Shown here: positions 1 through 13,059 of the stretch, piece after piece
Numbering within the stretch: position 1 is the first letter of the stretch
Layout of the letters: each line of letters opens with the position of its first letter
Assembly: GCF_006345805.1 (NCBI RefSeq)
Contig: NC_043016.1
Span: forward strand, 27,714,001 to 27,778,000
Source: Octopus sinensis
Taxonomy: Eukaryota
Length of the DNA: 64,000 nt
Direction of reading: 5' to 3'
Position numbers and translations under genes: made by a program
Notes under the pieces: generated by a model
Told to the model about the DNA's origin: nothing
Seen by the model: the letters and a program-made list of their open reading frames with translations, nothing else
The model's database searches: none

Positions 1-387
1 CTGAGAGAGAAGGTGGTAAATGAAGAGACAGCAGGACGGATAATAATAGAAATGGGGAGTGGGTAATGGATGATAGAGTGTATCTGATGCAATCCCTTAC
101 ACATAGGCCCCAGGACAGGGATAAAGAAGTGGGATAAGGATAGGTGTAGGGAGAGGATAGACTATAGATAGATCCTCTACCATCACTCATGACACAGGGT
201 GACATGGTATAGTAAATGGAAGGGAGGGTGCGGTCTCAAAGATATGAGAGGTTAGGACAAAAGAAAATATTTGCCTTTTATTTTTTCATTGGAATCATTA
301 TACAGTGAAAAGAAGAAAGTGTGATTGACAGTGGGATGAGTGAAACATGTAAGTATAAAGAAGGAGAAAAAAAAAGTGGGGAGTGAT

Positions 388-730
388 GAGTGGCTGTGTG
401 GTAAGTAGCTTCCTTACCAACCACATGGTTCCAGGTTCAGTCCCACTGTGTAGCACCTTGGACAAGTTGCCTCGGGCCAACCAAAGTCTTGTGAGTGGAT
501 TTGGTAGACGGAAACTGTGCGTTTGATATTATGTATTTGTGTTTGTACCCCCACCATTGCTTGACAACTGATGTTGGTGTGTTTACGTACCTGTAACTTA
601 GCAGTTCGGCCTAAGAGACTGATAGAATAATTACTAGGCTTACAAAGAATAAGTCCTATGGTTGATTTGTTTGACTAAAACTGGTGCTCCAGCATGGCCG
701 CAGTCAAATGACAAACAGATAAAAGAAAAA
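388..730 (+). mobile_element. tRNA-headed octopus-type SINE, family A
   Basis: GTGGCTGTGTGGT A-box-like and GGTTCAGTCC B-box-like head; body shared with 12547-12950 and other copies. Confidence 0.8.
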
Positions 731-1071
731 AAAGTAGATGTTATTGCTTATAATTATGTACATACATGTGTGTGTGCATGTATGTATATACGTATGAGCA
801 TACAATAGATACATACATGCAAGGTAGATACAAACTCTAATTTACATGTGTGAACATATATATATGTATGTATGCTCACGCACCCACACATTTTATTTTA
901 CATATACATACATCAAGGTACTTATTAATAGAAGATACACACAGTTCTTAGTTTTTAATATATCAGCTTAAATCTTGTTATATAAATATGTTCCTAACTG
1001 TATGTGTATATAATAGAGGACAAAGTGTACACACACATAACAAACATATACTTAAAAATATACATACTCAC

Positions 1072-1107
<36 letters not shown>

Positions 1108-1867
1108 AATAAATAAATGGATAAATAAAAAAGATAAATGCTTTCATTGAGACATTATCTTCTTAAGAGGAAACATTAGAGTAAACTAGGGTCAAACACA
1201 GTTCAAATAATAATAATATTAGTAATAATAATAACAACAACAACAATAGCAACAATGTCTATAAATGATATTAATACAACCCCATGGCTGTTATTGACTG
1301 ACATGGAAGATAGTGAAGGTAAAAAGTTGAGGTAACTGCTAAAACAAATGCTGGTTGGAGGGGGCGGTTCTTTTCTTTTTGTGAGAATTGCTGTGGTGTG
1401 TGAGTGGTGGTGAGGAAAGGAGGGGGAGAATGAAGCTAATCATTCATTGTTATTTTGCTTGTGTTCTTTTTTTGTTGTTGTTGTTGTTATAAAAAGCCTA
1501 ATGATGTTTTAATGAACACCTTTGGGTCTGTTATGTGAGAAGAATTAATTTTTTTTTAAAAAAAAGAGAAATAATGATGATAGAACAAAAAACATGAAAA
1601 TAAATCACTTTAATTCTTTTCTCATTCAATGTGGAATAAAAGTAAATATGCATAATATGTATGCATATGTCTAATATAAATGCACACATACACACACATA
1701 CATATGTGCAGGGTGTTGAGGTTAAATTTCACAATTATTTATGTCTCCTTTCTTTCAGGAACAGTTTGATATATCGGTGAACAATCAATGGCATTGTAGA
1801 GCTTAAAGATTAAAGCTGTTGCCAAGAAAAAGTAGGCTCACATATTGGTAAAAAAGTCACTGGTATC

Positions 1868-2450
1868 ATGGTGATTTGCACTGAGTTTCAAAATGCCAAC
1901 ATCATGACTGGTGCTCAATGCTCTATGAACACTGTAAAGGCTGTAGTGAACAGCAGGGACAGAGACTACCTAGCCAAGGCCAGCATGAAGGGACACAGCA
2001 AGTATAATGACTGTGTCCACATATCAGAACTTGTCCCCATACCTTTGAACAGAGCCTTGGGCACAATTCAGACAGCAATGTGAAGCTGCTGGAGATTGTG
2101 GTCAGTCTCTGGATAGTGAGGGTTGCTGCAAGAAGGCCATATTTGTGGCAACAGAATTTAATTCTTTGCCAAACCTTCAGCAAGTGTCAGAGGAGGTTGT
2201 TAGAAAATTTCGATGACTTTACCAGCTCCAGGTTCTGACCTTATAATTCCTCCAATTGTTGTTCCAAGAATTACTATGTGTGAGACACAGTTGAGAAAGA
2301 CACCAACCACTCTACCTGCAATGCCAGGGTCAAGCTGGCGCCCGTGGTCAAGGAAGTACTTGAAGATCTTGCAAGGGACACAGTGAGGAACACATCTGTC
2401 GGGTTCTGGAGTCATCATGAGGCCATGATGGAAGCTGAGTGTTGCTACTT
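1868..2450 (+). pseudogene. Decayed coding-like relic, possibly the restriction-like endonuclease end of a non-LTR retrotransposon
   Basis: GC-richer than its flanks. With frameshifts it reads ...KGHSKYND...ELVPI(T)FEQSLG...VKLLE...YLWQQ, similar to the K.KY..F.P...E.LG REL pattern. Several stops. Confidence 0.3.
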
Positions 2451-2727
2451 TAGATAAGCTGTTATCTCACAGTCATAATCTAGTTGATATTTTTGAGTTT
2501 TTAAAATACTTTTATTTTCACATGGGATGTGTCTGTAACTATAGAGGTACAGGCAAAACTGTGTGATAAGAATTTTGCTTCCCAACCACATGGGTGAAGT
2601 TCAGTCCCACTTCATATCACCTGGGTCAAATGTCTTTTAATATAGCCCTGGGCTAGCCAAATCCTTGTGAGTGAATTTAGTTGATGGAAAACTAAATGAT
2701 GGTCATCATATGTGTGTATGTGCCTGT

Positions 2728-2760
<33 letters not shown>

Positions 2761-3042
2761 TCCATGGGTTTGTGTGCATGTATGTGACCACCACTTGACA
2801 GCCTGTGTTGGGTTGTTTACATCCCTGTAACTTAATGGTTAACTTTTGATTCCTGGACAAAGTGACGCTTTATGTTTTTAACAAGAGCACTTTATTTCAT
2901 ATTTCTCCAACCCATTCAGCTGGCAAAAGTGAATAATCCTGCAAGAGATCAGCATCCTGTCCAGGGAGGGAATATATATGTCACAGAAACATGGAAACTG
3001 GCCTCATGAGCCCATGGCTTGGAAAAGAACTTTGATCCTTAC

Positions 3043-3156
3043 ACATACATACATACATACATGCATGCATACATACATACATGCATGCATGCATGCATAC
3101 ATACATACATACATACATACATACATACATACATACATACATACATACATACATAC
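3043..3156 (+). repeat. (CATA)n microsatellite
   Basis: Direct reading; source of the spurious ORF 2978-3421. Confidence 0.95.
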
Positions 3157-3469
3157 ATTATCATCGCCATCATCATTTAATGTCTATTTTCCATGCTGGC
3201 ATCAGTTGGATGGTTTGACAAGAGCTGGCAAGCTGGAGAGCTACACCAGGCTCCATTTCTCTGCTTTGGCATGGTTTCTACACCTGGATGCCCTTCCTAA
3301 TGCCAGCCACTTTACAAAGTGTAGTGGGTGCTTTGACACAGCACCAGCACAGGTGCATTTACATGATACTGGTATGAGTGCTTTTTACATGGCACTAGCA
3401 CCTACAAGCCCACAAGATTAGGGATGTTCAGTTGGAGAGGGTTGCAGGAGACGAGCCTATATGTAAGGG

Positions 3470-3630
3470 CAACCATGCTTTTGCTTAGCTTGGCATGTCT
3501 TTTCAAGCACAGCAAACTCCCAAGAGTCTTAATCGCCTGTCATCGCCTCTGAGAATCCCAAGTCTATAGATCCTTTCTCACCACTTTGTCCTGTCTTCCT
3601 GGGTCTACCTCTACCACAAGCTCCTTCTAC
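3470..3630 (-). mobile_element. RTE-like LINE 3' fragment
   Basis: [13 protein letters not shown] motif typical of the RTE ORF C-terminus. Confidence 0.65.
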
Positions 3631-3654
3631 AATTACATATATATACATATACAT

Positions 3655-3729
<75 letters not shown>

Positions 3730-4456
3730 TATATATACATACATAAATATATATATACATATATATATAAAATACATACCTACACATATAAATGTGTGTG
3801 TGTGCGTGCACGCGTGTATAATGCATATATATACACATATACATACACATCCATCCATTTGATGGCTGAAAGGCCTTTTCCCATTGTGCATGCATAATTA
3901 TTATTATTTTTCTTTTTGTATACATACAATTGTTATATTATTTTAGTTTGTCTTGTTTGTTTTTGTCCTTGTCTTATGTTTGTTAGCTATTCCCAGAAGC
4001 TTTCTGCTTTGGCACTGCCAAGATGGAGTGGTAACAATGTTGAAAGTGTGTAACCACTATGATCTCTTGGATAGTGACTGATGAGGAATTAGCTGCAAAT
4101 TTTCCATTCTGTTTGTTATGCTTTTGTTAAATTTTCCACTTATTGGGTTCTTTTATTTAATCCTTGATATATATTTATATATATCAAGGATTAAATAAAC
4201 AACTCTCCTCAACGCTTAAACTGAGGGGTAAATAATATTGAAGGACATAGCTTTATGCCAGGCAATGCATGACTTAAGTATAATACAGGGACAGGAAAGG
4301 AAAAGTCAAGTTTTGTGATATCATAGTCTGTTCAAATAAGGATGTTGTTGACTGAGATGTATCCAGGTATTGATGGTTTTTCTGGTACCCCTTGAAGAGA
4401 TGTGTCCAGTTTGAAGTTTATTGGATCTTTTTCTTCTTTGATTTATTTTCAGATAA

Positions 4457-4851
4457 TCTTTATATAAAAGTGAGGTTGTGTGCTGTCTGTCTCCTACGAT
4501 TTAGATTCCTAACTACTCCCACATTTTGCGGTGCAGTTTAACCAAAACCGGGTATCTTATAGTTGTGATTCATATCGAGCCCTTCTGGGTATTAGCGCGC
4601 GTCTACGATGAGTCTACGATTTTAAAAAAAATTTACCATCAATTTTTCCCATTTTTAATGCATTTTTGGCATATATAAGGGAAGTAACTCTCTAAAAATG
4701 TATTATTAAATCTCAGAACATAAAAAGCTACAGTAACACCCCCACCTTTGTGGTTAACCATATTGAGATGGCTATTATATTTTACATCTCTAAAAATGCT
4801 TATATAGTTATTTCCCTTACAAACCCGAGCAACGCCGGGCGATACTGCTAG
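4457..4851 (+). mobile_element. Non-autonomous Helitron
   Basis: Starts TC(TTTATATAAAAG) and ends with hairpin CCCG-AGCAACG-CCGGG then CTAG. Inserted between A(4456) and T(4852) with no TSD. Confidence 0.85.
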
Positions 4852-4869
4852 TATTAAATAGAGCAAAAC

Positions 4870-6250
4870 CTGCAGAGGAAAAGTAATTGCATTGCAATAT
4901 AGTTATGTGTTTGTGGACTTGAGTTGTGTAAGGAGCATATAAGATGGAGTTCCAGCCCTAGATGAATTATGAACTTAATGATGAAGTCGTTTGGGCAAAT
5001 CTGGTAGTATGTTCTCCACATTGTGCAAATGATTTAGTACTCACAACAATGTAGGAAACAGAATTTCACTGTTTTAAGGCAGTCCCAATAATCAAGACAA
5101 GTCATGCTTTTATAATTTTATGTAATTACTCTCCCAGATGTCCCAGTTATTGTAATGTTCTGTTTGATATGGGGAGACCACAGGGGCAGTAGTATTCTAG
5201 GTATGGCTATACAAAGGAGGAGAAGAAAGGGAATAGTGACATCTGACTCCCTGGACTGAAAGTTCTGAGTATCCAGGAAAACTCTGAGGATTTTGTGAGT
5301 CATATCAACTTTATTGCTGATGTAAGTATTCCAGCTGAGATTGTTATCAACAAATTCTCCAAGGTCTCTGATATTACTGGATGCCATGAGTGGTTTTCAC
5401 AAAGAAGAGGGTATGGTTGTTTCAGGGCATTCTTGTTTCCCAAATGCAGGAATTCAAATTTTCCCTCAATTCACAGCATGTTTCTGTTTATTCATTAACT
5501 TACAACATGCAGATCAGACTGGAGCTTTGTTTGGTCTTCTCCTTTGATAGATTTTAGAGCTTGGAGTCATCTATGATTTTTTTTCTCACTATACTTGATT
5601 ACATTTGAGATACCATTTATATTGACTATGAAGAGATGTGGGCCCAATACAGTCCTTTGAAAAACACCTCTGGTGACTTTTATTGGGTGTGAGTGGATTC
5701 CATTATTCACAACTTGTTGGGTTCAATTCACCAATAAATATATGACCCAGTACAGTAGCTTACCATGTATTTCAATAGTGGAAAATTTTAACAGAATATT
5801 GTGGTTGACTCAGTCAAATGCTTTACTGAAGTCAACATAACATCAGTGTTTGAGCCTCTCCCAAAACTTTTTGAATATCATCAAAAATTATGTAAAAGCT
5901 GCTGTTAGGGAGGCTCTACCACAATGAAAACTATTCTGCTTGAATTTAGAACATTATTACTCTCCAGGAAGTTAGTTATTCTTAATCACACTACCCTTTC
6001 AAATATTTTGATGATACAGGAGGTGAATAAAATTAAGTGGTAGTTAACTGCAAGAAATCTGTTTCCCTTTTAGAAGACAGGGATAACAATTTGAGATAAG
6101 AAATGTTTGGATATATAACCTGAGTCTAAAGATATAAACTACCTTTTGTTTATATTATATGCTCTTGTTTTTTACTCTGATGAAGATCCATTGCCTAAAT
6201 TGGAATGCCCTATGAAGATGAAGAACTTTATTCCTGCATTTTGGCAACTG
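4870..6250 (-). mobile_element. Highly decayed CR1/L2-type LINE RT region
   Basis: RDLGEFVDNNLSWNTYIS...LWSPHIKQNI in the ORF track. VIPVF.KG...NY....TSCIIKIFE read by hand near 6000-6100. Confidence 0.7.
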
Positions 6251-6411
6251 ATCAGTAACAGCCATCAGATAGGTTACATCACCTATTTTGTTATGTCATG
6301 CTTTGTATCAAAAAATAAGCTATAAATGTGGTCCAAGCGGTGTGTTGGTTAATCTGTGTTTTTCTCCATTTTCTAATTACTTGCATTTATATATATATAT
6401 ATCATCACCAT

Positions 6412-6449
<38 letters not shown>

Positions 6450-6768
6450 AAACAATTGCAGCGTGGAAGGTGTTTATAAGCCATTTGAGAAGCACACAAA
6501 ATCCGTTAGATTCACCTCAACATTTAAATTTAATTTGTCAAAACATTTTCTTCGCTTTGAGACCACGACCTGTTCACTGACAAAATTCCGTGCTAGGTTG
6601 TGGTCTCAAAGTGACGAAAATATTTTGACAAATTAAATTTGAATATTGAAGTGAATCTAACAGATTTTGTGTGTTTCTTAAATGGCTTATAAACACCTTC
6701 CATGCTGCAATTGTTTTCGTTCTAGCACACAATCTCAGATCAGATCACTTTCTATACAAGTACATCTC
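6450..6768. mobile_element. Palindromic Penelope-like derivative, copy 1 (hammerhead-like motif on the minus arm)
   Basis: Long inverted arms, same family as 15377-15707, sitting in (TA)n. Confidence 0.75.
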
Positions 6769-6779
6769 CGTAATATATA

Positions 6780-8049
6780 TTAGGTTGGCAACTAAGTTCT
6801 CGTCGTTTTTTTTTATTTAAATTTTTTAAAAAGTTTAATAAAAAATAACAACTAATTAATCAATAATGTATTCACCCTTGTTGTTTACAACTTCTTCCCA
6901 ACATTCAACAAGATTTTCAATACTTTGTTGGTAGAAATCACCCAATTTCAACTTCAAAAATTGATCCAACCAAGCTCTCAATTCTGCATCAGTATTGAAC
7001 AAAACTCCACACATAGCATTTGAAAGAGATCGAAAGAGGTGGAAATCCATTGGTGCCAAATATGGAGGTTACAGCGGGTGTGGCAGCATTTCCCAGCCAT
7101 GCGTTTGACTGGTTTTCTTGGTCATATTGGTGATATGAGGGTGGGCGTTGTCGTGCAGCAGAACTCCATGCTGATGATTAGGTCTTTTCTTTTGAATAGC
7201 CATGTTGAATCTTCCATCTGTTGAACATATAGTTCCACGCTGTCCGTTTGGTTCCGTTCAAGCAATTCGTAATGGATAATCCCTTCCCAGTCCCACCATA
7301 TGCAGATTATTTTACGCAGACGAAGATCTTGTTTTACACACGGTGTCGCTTGTTTACCGGGGCTAAGCCATTCCTTACATTGCTTCATATTGATGTACAG
7401 GCACCATTTTTCATTGCCAGTAACGATTTGCAAAAGAAATTGTTGCTTGTGCCCATGAGTTGAGCGGTGATGAGCAACCAAACCAGAGGAGATTGTGGCT
7501 TGTTGATTTTTGTTGTTGTCACTTAAAGCATGCAGAACCCATGCTCCATACTTCTGAACATTTCCCATTGAGTGAAGATGCTTCTCTATAGCAGTGTGGG
7601 AGCATTCCATTTTCTCTGCCAGTTCCCTTGTCATTTGACAAGAATTTTCATGCAAAAGTTGGTTTAATCGCTCTTCATCGAACTCAACTGGACAGCCAGA
7701 ACGAGGTGTCTTTGAGGTCAAAATTTCCATTTGTGAACTTGGCATACCAATCACGAGCAGGTCTTTCATCTATGGCACCCTCTCCATACATAGCATAAAT
7801 GTTGCAAGCAGCTTTTGTGGCCTTAGAACCTTGATTAAAAGCAAAAAGGAGGTGTTGAAAATGCTCATTTTTCTTAACTTGACATTCCATTTTAATGATC
7901 TGAAAATAAACTAAAATTAACTAGAAAAAAAAAATAGATTCCAAAATGATTCAAAAATAGAATTCTTGAAAAAGATAGATTCCAAAATTTAAAAAACGCA
8001 ATAAATTCCAAAATTTTAAAAAGCGGCGGGAACTTAGTTGCCAACCCAA
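6780..8049 (-). mobile_element. Full-length decayed mariner (DD34D) transposon
   Basis: TIRs TAGGTTGGCAACTAAGTTC / GAACTTAGTTGCCAACCCA with TA flanks. Frameshifted transposase pieces WVLHAL, IVTGNEKW, APMDFHLFRSL, GEYIID*. Confidence 0.95.
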
Positions 8050-8089
8050 TATATATATATATATATTATATGTGTATTATTTATATCAT

Positions 8090-8640
8090 CATCATCATCA
8101 TCATCACCACCACCATTTAACGTCCATTGTCCATGCTGGCATAGGTTGGATGGTTTGACCATGACTAGCTAGGTGGGAGGCTGCACCAGAGTCTGATTTG
8201 GCATGATATCTACAGCTGGATGCCCTTCCTAAAACCAACCACTCTAAGAGTGTAATGGGTACTTTTACTTGCCACTGGCACAGGTGCAATTTGCATGACA
8301 CTGGTATCTCTCACAACTGTGGTTTTACTTGGTTTGATGGGTCTTCTTCTCAAGCATGGCATAATGTCAAATGGACTCGGCCATTGCCTTCACAAGGCCT
8401 AATGCTCAAAGCCTGGCATAATGCCAAATGGTCTCAGTCCTTGCCTCTGTGGAGCCCAACACTCGAAAGGTGCTTTTATCTACCACCGGCACAGGTGCCA
8501 TTTGTGTGACACCGGTATCTGCCACAACTGCAATTTTACTTAGATTGATGAGCCTTCTTCTCAAGCACAGCATATTGTCAAAGGTCTCAGTCATTCATCA
8601 TTGCCAACATAAGGCCCAACACTCGATAGGTGCTCTTCAT
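8090..8640 (-). mobile_element. RTE-tail non-autonomous element, family C, with (GAT)n tail
   Basis: CATCATCAT...TTTAACGTCC..CCATGCTGGCAT..GGATGCCCTTCCTAA; many copies in the window. Confidence 0.75.
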
Positions 8641-8673
8641 GTATATGTATATATGTATATATGTATGTATGTA

Positions 8674-9000
8674 TGGCTCAGTGGTTAGAGCATCGAGCTT
8701 ACGATCATGAGGTTGTGAGCTCAAATCCCAGACCGGGCTGCATGTTGTGTTCTTGAGCAAGACACTTTATTTCACGTTGTTCCAGTTCACTCAGCTGTAG
8801 AAATAAGTTGCAACATCACAGGTGCCAAAGCTGTATCGGCCGTTGATTTCCCTTGGATAACACTGGTGGCATGGAGAGGGAAGGCTGGTATGCATGGGCG
8901 ATTGCTGGTCTTCCATAAAAACAACCTTGCCTGAACTTGTGTCTGGGAGGGTAACTTTCTAGGTGCAACCCTACGGTCAGTGTTATGACCGAAGGGGATC
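8674..9000 (+). mobile_element. tRNA-derived CORE-type SINE, family D
   Basis: TGGCTCAGTGG A box, GAGCTCAAATCC B box, TTGAGCAAGACACTTTA core. Confidence 0.75.
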
Positions 9001-9350
9001 TCAGACTCAGATTTATATAGAAAGATACTTCATAGCAGTTTCCTACAAGCATGCATTACATTGTCCCAGCAGAAAACCACCAGGAGGGCAATATTTCTGC
9101 CAGTATATACAATAAAAATCATGTCAAATAATCAAAGAGCCTAGATGAGTAGAGTGATGCTTATGTATGTATGTGAAATTGTAGAATCATTTCCATTGAA
9201 TTACTGTGTGGTATATGTGTAGCATCAGTGTTTGCGTGCCATGAATTGGTATCTATCTGTATTCTCTATGAAATTCATATCCAGAAGTGTGAGTATATGG
9301 GTGTGTATGTGTACACATGCATGAACATGAGTGCTTGCATCTCCAATTGT

Positions 9351-9391
<41 letters not shown>

Positions 9392-9741
9392 AGTCAGTAT
9401 ATCATTGTGTTCGATGGAAGAATATCTTATAATTGCAATCAATGTTCTCGGTGTCCTCTGGGACATTAACAATATAGACTGAGAGATAAAAAAAAAAACA
9501 AAGAAGGTTAAAATATCAAAACTAAAAAGAGTAAATTATATGAATGGAGATCCATGTGAAAATAAAGATTTGTAGAGAGATTACAATGCATTGACAAGAT
9601 AGACTTGTTCAGATTGATGTATGTTATACTTGTGTAGTTTGTATAAATGGATAGAAAGCTGCATGTGTATATGTATAAGCGTATGCATCTGCAATAATAT
9701 TTATATTTTTATATATCCATGTACACACACACATCTCTCGT

Positions 9742-9779
<38 letters not shown>

Positions 9780-9780
<1 letters not shown>

Positions 9781-10219
9781 CCCGCATGGTTCATGGTCTC
9801 AAAAATTTGCCCTACGAAGAAAGGCTGAGGACGCTCGACCTTTATTCTCTTGAAAAACGCCGCCGCCGTGGTGATCTCATTCTCGCCCACAACATCATAA
9901 GCGGAAAGTGTAACCTCTCGAAAAAGCTGTTCTTCACTCCTGCTCCAGAGCGTCGGCTGCGGGGTCATTCCGAAAAGCTCTACCTGCAACGTTTTCATCT
10001 CAATCGAAGGAGAGGAGCTTTCTCCGTCCGGGTTGCGGATCCGTGGAACAAGCTGCCAGACGAGATGGTGAAGATGCCGACGACCGCTTTGTTCAAAGCC
10101 TCCCTGGACCTCAAGTGGCCTGAACTCTTTACATGAACACCACCTTGTACTTAACTCCATGTCCCCCTACATGGCCTTGCTATTTGCTTTTGAGCCAAAT
10201 TACTAACTAACTAACTAAC
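9780..10219 (+). mobile_element. 5'-truncated CR1-like LINE, young copy
   Basis: Open frame RMVHGLKNLPYEERLRTLDLYSLEKRRRRGDLI...WNKLP...* (stop at 10136), 3' hairpin CCATGT/ACATGG, (TAAC)n tail, flanked by (TA)n. Confidence 0.92.
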
Positions 10220-10256
10220 ATATATATATATATGTAGCGATGTTCATATTGTGTGT

Positions 10257-10296
<40 letters not shown>

Positions 10297-10479
10297 TAGT
10301 TATCACCATACTAATATGGCAGTCTTATAAATATAAGACTAAGCTGTCGCTGGTTAGCTCCATGAGGCCACCGCCTCAAGCTAGCTATTTGACACACGAA
10401 CCTGCGTCCATTAAAAACCTTCGAACAAGGGAGGTCAGCTGCTTCATCCTACCAGTCGTGATTGATGAGCTAGGTTTAA

Positions 10480-11181
10480 TGAAATCATAATGGATCACAC
10501 CTGTGCCAGACCACTAAACACACCATCAGCTTCTTTTGATGAATTTTGCTTTTTGGACTGTGGTTTGGTAGCTCGTCTTTGTTCAACCATTGTGCTGAAC
10601 ATTTACGGTTGTTGTACTGGATCCATTTCTCATCACATGTTACAATTCGATTCAAAAATGATTCATTTTTGTGACAAGAAAGTGGCATAATGCAGGCTTC
10701 CAAACATTGTTGTTTCTGATTTTCATTGAGTTCATGTGGAACCCACTTATCCAACTTTTTTACTTTACCGATTTGAACTAGGCGAGTCAATATTGTTTGC
10801 TTGCTAACACCAAACAACAACAATAATTCACGGGCACTTTGAGATGGATCTGACTCGACAGTGGCTTTCAGTTCGTTATTATCTACCTTTGTTTCTAGTC
10901 AACCGCGTTGCTCATTTGTGAGGTCAAAGTTACCAGAACGAAATTTTTCAAACCAATTTGATACTGTCTGTTGTGTAATAACATTAGAATGAAATACTCC
11001 ATTAATATTCCGAGCTGTCTGTGATGCTGCATTTCCAAGAAAGAACTCATATTTCAAAATTGTACGAATTTCCAATTTATCTATCTCTAAACAAAAATAG
11101 CAAAAAAACAATGTAAAAATATTTTATAAAGTGCAAAAGTTTACCATATACCTTACTACAAATTTCATACTTAATGATCTA

Positions 11182-11183
<2 letters not shown>
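10480..11183 (-). mobile_element. 3'-truncated decayed mariner, a different family from 6780-8049
   Basis: EIRTILKYEF..WFEKFRSGNFDL, KWVPHEL, IVTCDEKW in the ORF track; single TIR-like end near 11183. Confidence 0.88.
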
Positions 11184-11212
<29 letters not shown>

Positions 11213-11269
11213 CACACACTCATACACACACACACATACACACATATATATATATATATACATATAAAT

Positions 11270-11720
11270 GGGACAAAAACGCAATAAAGGACAATAAAAC
11301 ATTCAGACAGATAGACGGTACAAAGGCAAACAAGAGAAACAACAATTAGAAGGATAGGCTAAAAAAAGACTGGTCATTCTTGGCTTTCTTTTGTCAGTCA
11401 AGTAACAGAAGTCACAACCATTTTGGGCAGTTACACTTGAAATGTTTTGATCTGGATGCCCCCAAAAAAGTCTAAGCTAAGAGCATTAGACCCCTTTGTA
11501 AGAAAGCTCGCGAATATGTACGACAACAAAAGCAAAAAAGCAAAAACACGGAGAACATGGTACAGAATTACAAAAACAAACAAGAAAATAACAACAGGTG
11601 TCTTTCGACTGAAAACAAATCCAATTGAGTGGGCATGTATGAAGTGAAAGCCTAAAGGAGATGGACATAGGATGGACATAAGAGGTGTTGGCGGCCGGCA
11701 GTCAAGAAAAGAAAGAAAGA
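11270..11720 (-). mobile_element. Probable Penelope-like element 3' fragment, decayed
   Basis: Resembles the purine-rich PLE tail repeats seen elsewhere in the window; recognition only. Confidence 0.35.
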
Positions 11721-12154
11721 TCATGTGTGTGTGTGTGTGTATGCATACATACACACACATACATGCATGCATACATATAATACAAACAATGTTTTCAAAA
11801 TACCAGTTATAAATAATCTCTCATTAGATTTATCATTTTTAACAATTACCACTGGGCAAAATGCTTGGCAGCATTTCGTACATCTTTACATTCTGAGTTT
11901 GAATTCTTCCAAGGTTGACTTTGGCATTCATCCTTCTGGAGTCAATAAAGTAAATACCAGTTGTGCACTGGCATCAATCTAATCGATTTATTCCTTTCCC
12001 CAAAATTTTTGGCCTTGAGTCAAAATTTCAAACCATTAATTACCAATTTGGATATTTCATGTAAAGCACCTGAGAGCCACCAAAACACAAGTGAGAGTTG
12101 TAGTAACAGTTAGAATAATACTCTATCAATCATTCTTCCACTTTGTTTTATATT

Positions 12155-12384
12155 TATTTCTTTACTACTCACAAGGGGCTAAACACAGAGGAGACAAACA
12201 AGGACAGACAAAGGGATTAAGTCGATTACATCGACCCCAGTGCGTAACTGGTACTTAATTTATCGACCCCGGAAGGATGAAAGGCAAAGTCGATCTTAGC
12301 GGAATTTGAACTCGGAACGTAACGGCAGACGAAATACGGCAACGCATTTCACCCGGCGTGCTAACGTTTCTGCCAGCTCGCCAC
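12155..12384 (-). mobile_element. tRNA-derived SINE, family B, with 14-bp TSD
   Basis: GGCGAGCTGGCAGAAACG head and CCTTTCATCCTT..GGGGTCGATAAAT central domain. TSD CTTTGTTTTATATT at 12141-12154 and 12385-12398. Confidence 0.9.
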
Positions 12385-12546
12385 CTTTGTTTTATATTAA
12401 TTAGTTGCTTACCATCACATGTGACTGTATGTGCACGCATGCATACTCATATGCGTGTGTGTTTGTGCATAAGGAAAATAAAGAAAGCTTCAAACAGCAC
12501 AGAAAGTTTTATAAAATAAAATAAAATAGAATAAAATAGAATAGCG

Positions 12547-12950
12547 CAGGAGTGGCTGTGTGGTAAGTAGCTTGTTTACCAACCACATGGTTCCGGGTTC
12601 AGTCCCACTGCGTGGCATCTTGGACAAGTGTCTTCTACTATAGCCTCGGGCCGACCAAAGCCTTGTGAGTGGATTTGGTAGACGGAAACTGAAAGAAGCC
12701 TGTCGTATATATGTATATGCATGTGTGTGTTTGTGTGTCTGTGTTTGTCCCCCTAGCATTGCTTGACAACCGATGCTGGTGTGTTTACGTCCCCGTTACT
12801 TAGCGGTTCGGCAAAAGAGACCGTTAGAATAAGTACTGGGCTTACAAAGAATAAGTCCCGGGGTCAATTTGCTCGACTAAAAGGCGGTGCTCCAGCATGG
12901 CCACAGTCAAATGACTGAAACAAGTAAAAGAGTAAAAGAGTAAAGAGTAA
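12547..12950 (+). mobile_element. SINE family A, well-preserved copy
   Basis: Complete head and body, (GTAAAAGA)n tail. Confidence 0.9.
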
Positions 12951-13059
12951 TGAGATTGATGTAAATGCACATTTCCTGGACTGCCTCCTTCTGAAGATAA
13001 GCCTTTGTGCTTGAAATAATAAATTTTTTGTAAGACTTTCTGCATTATTAGAAGCTTTC

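Noticed and set aside
1759-1806. Strong plus-strand acceptor followed by EQFDISVNNQWHCRA*
   Set aside because: No convincing partner exon or homology in the window.
8674-8750. tRNA-like sequence
   Set aside because: It continues into a SINE body with no acceptor stem, so it is a SINE head and not a tRNA gene. The same holds for the other A/B-box hits.
11380-11430. Hammerhead-like CTGACAA on the minus strand of the putative PLE fragment
   Set aside because: No stem II plus GAAA could be built.
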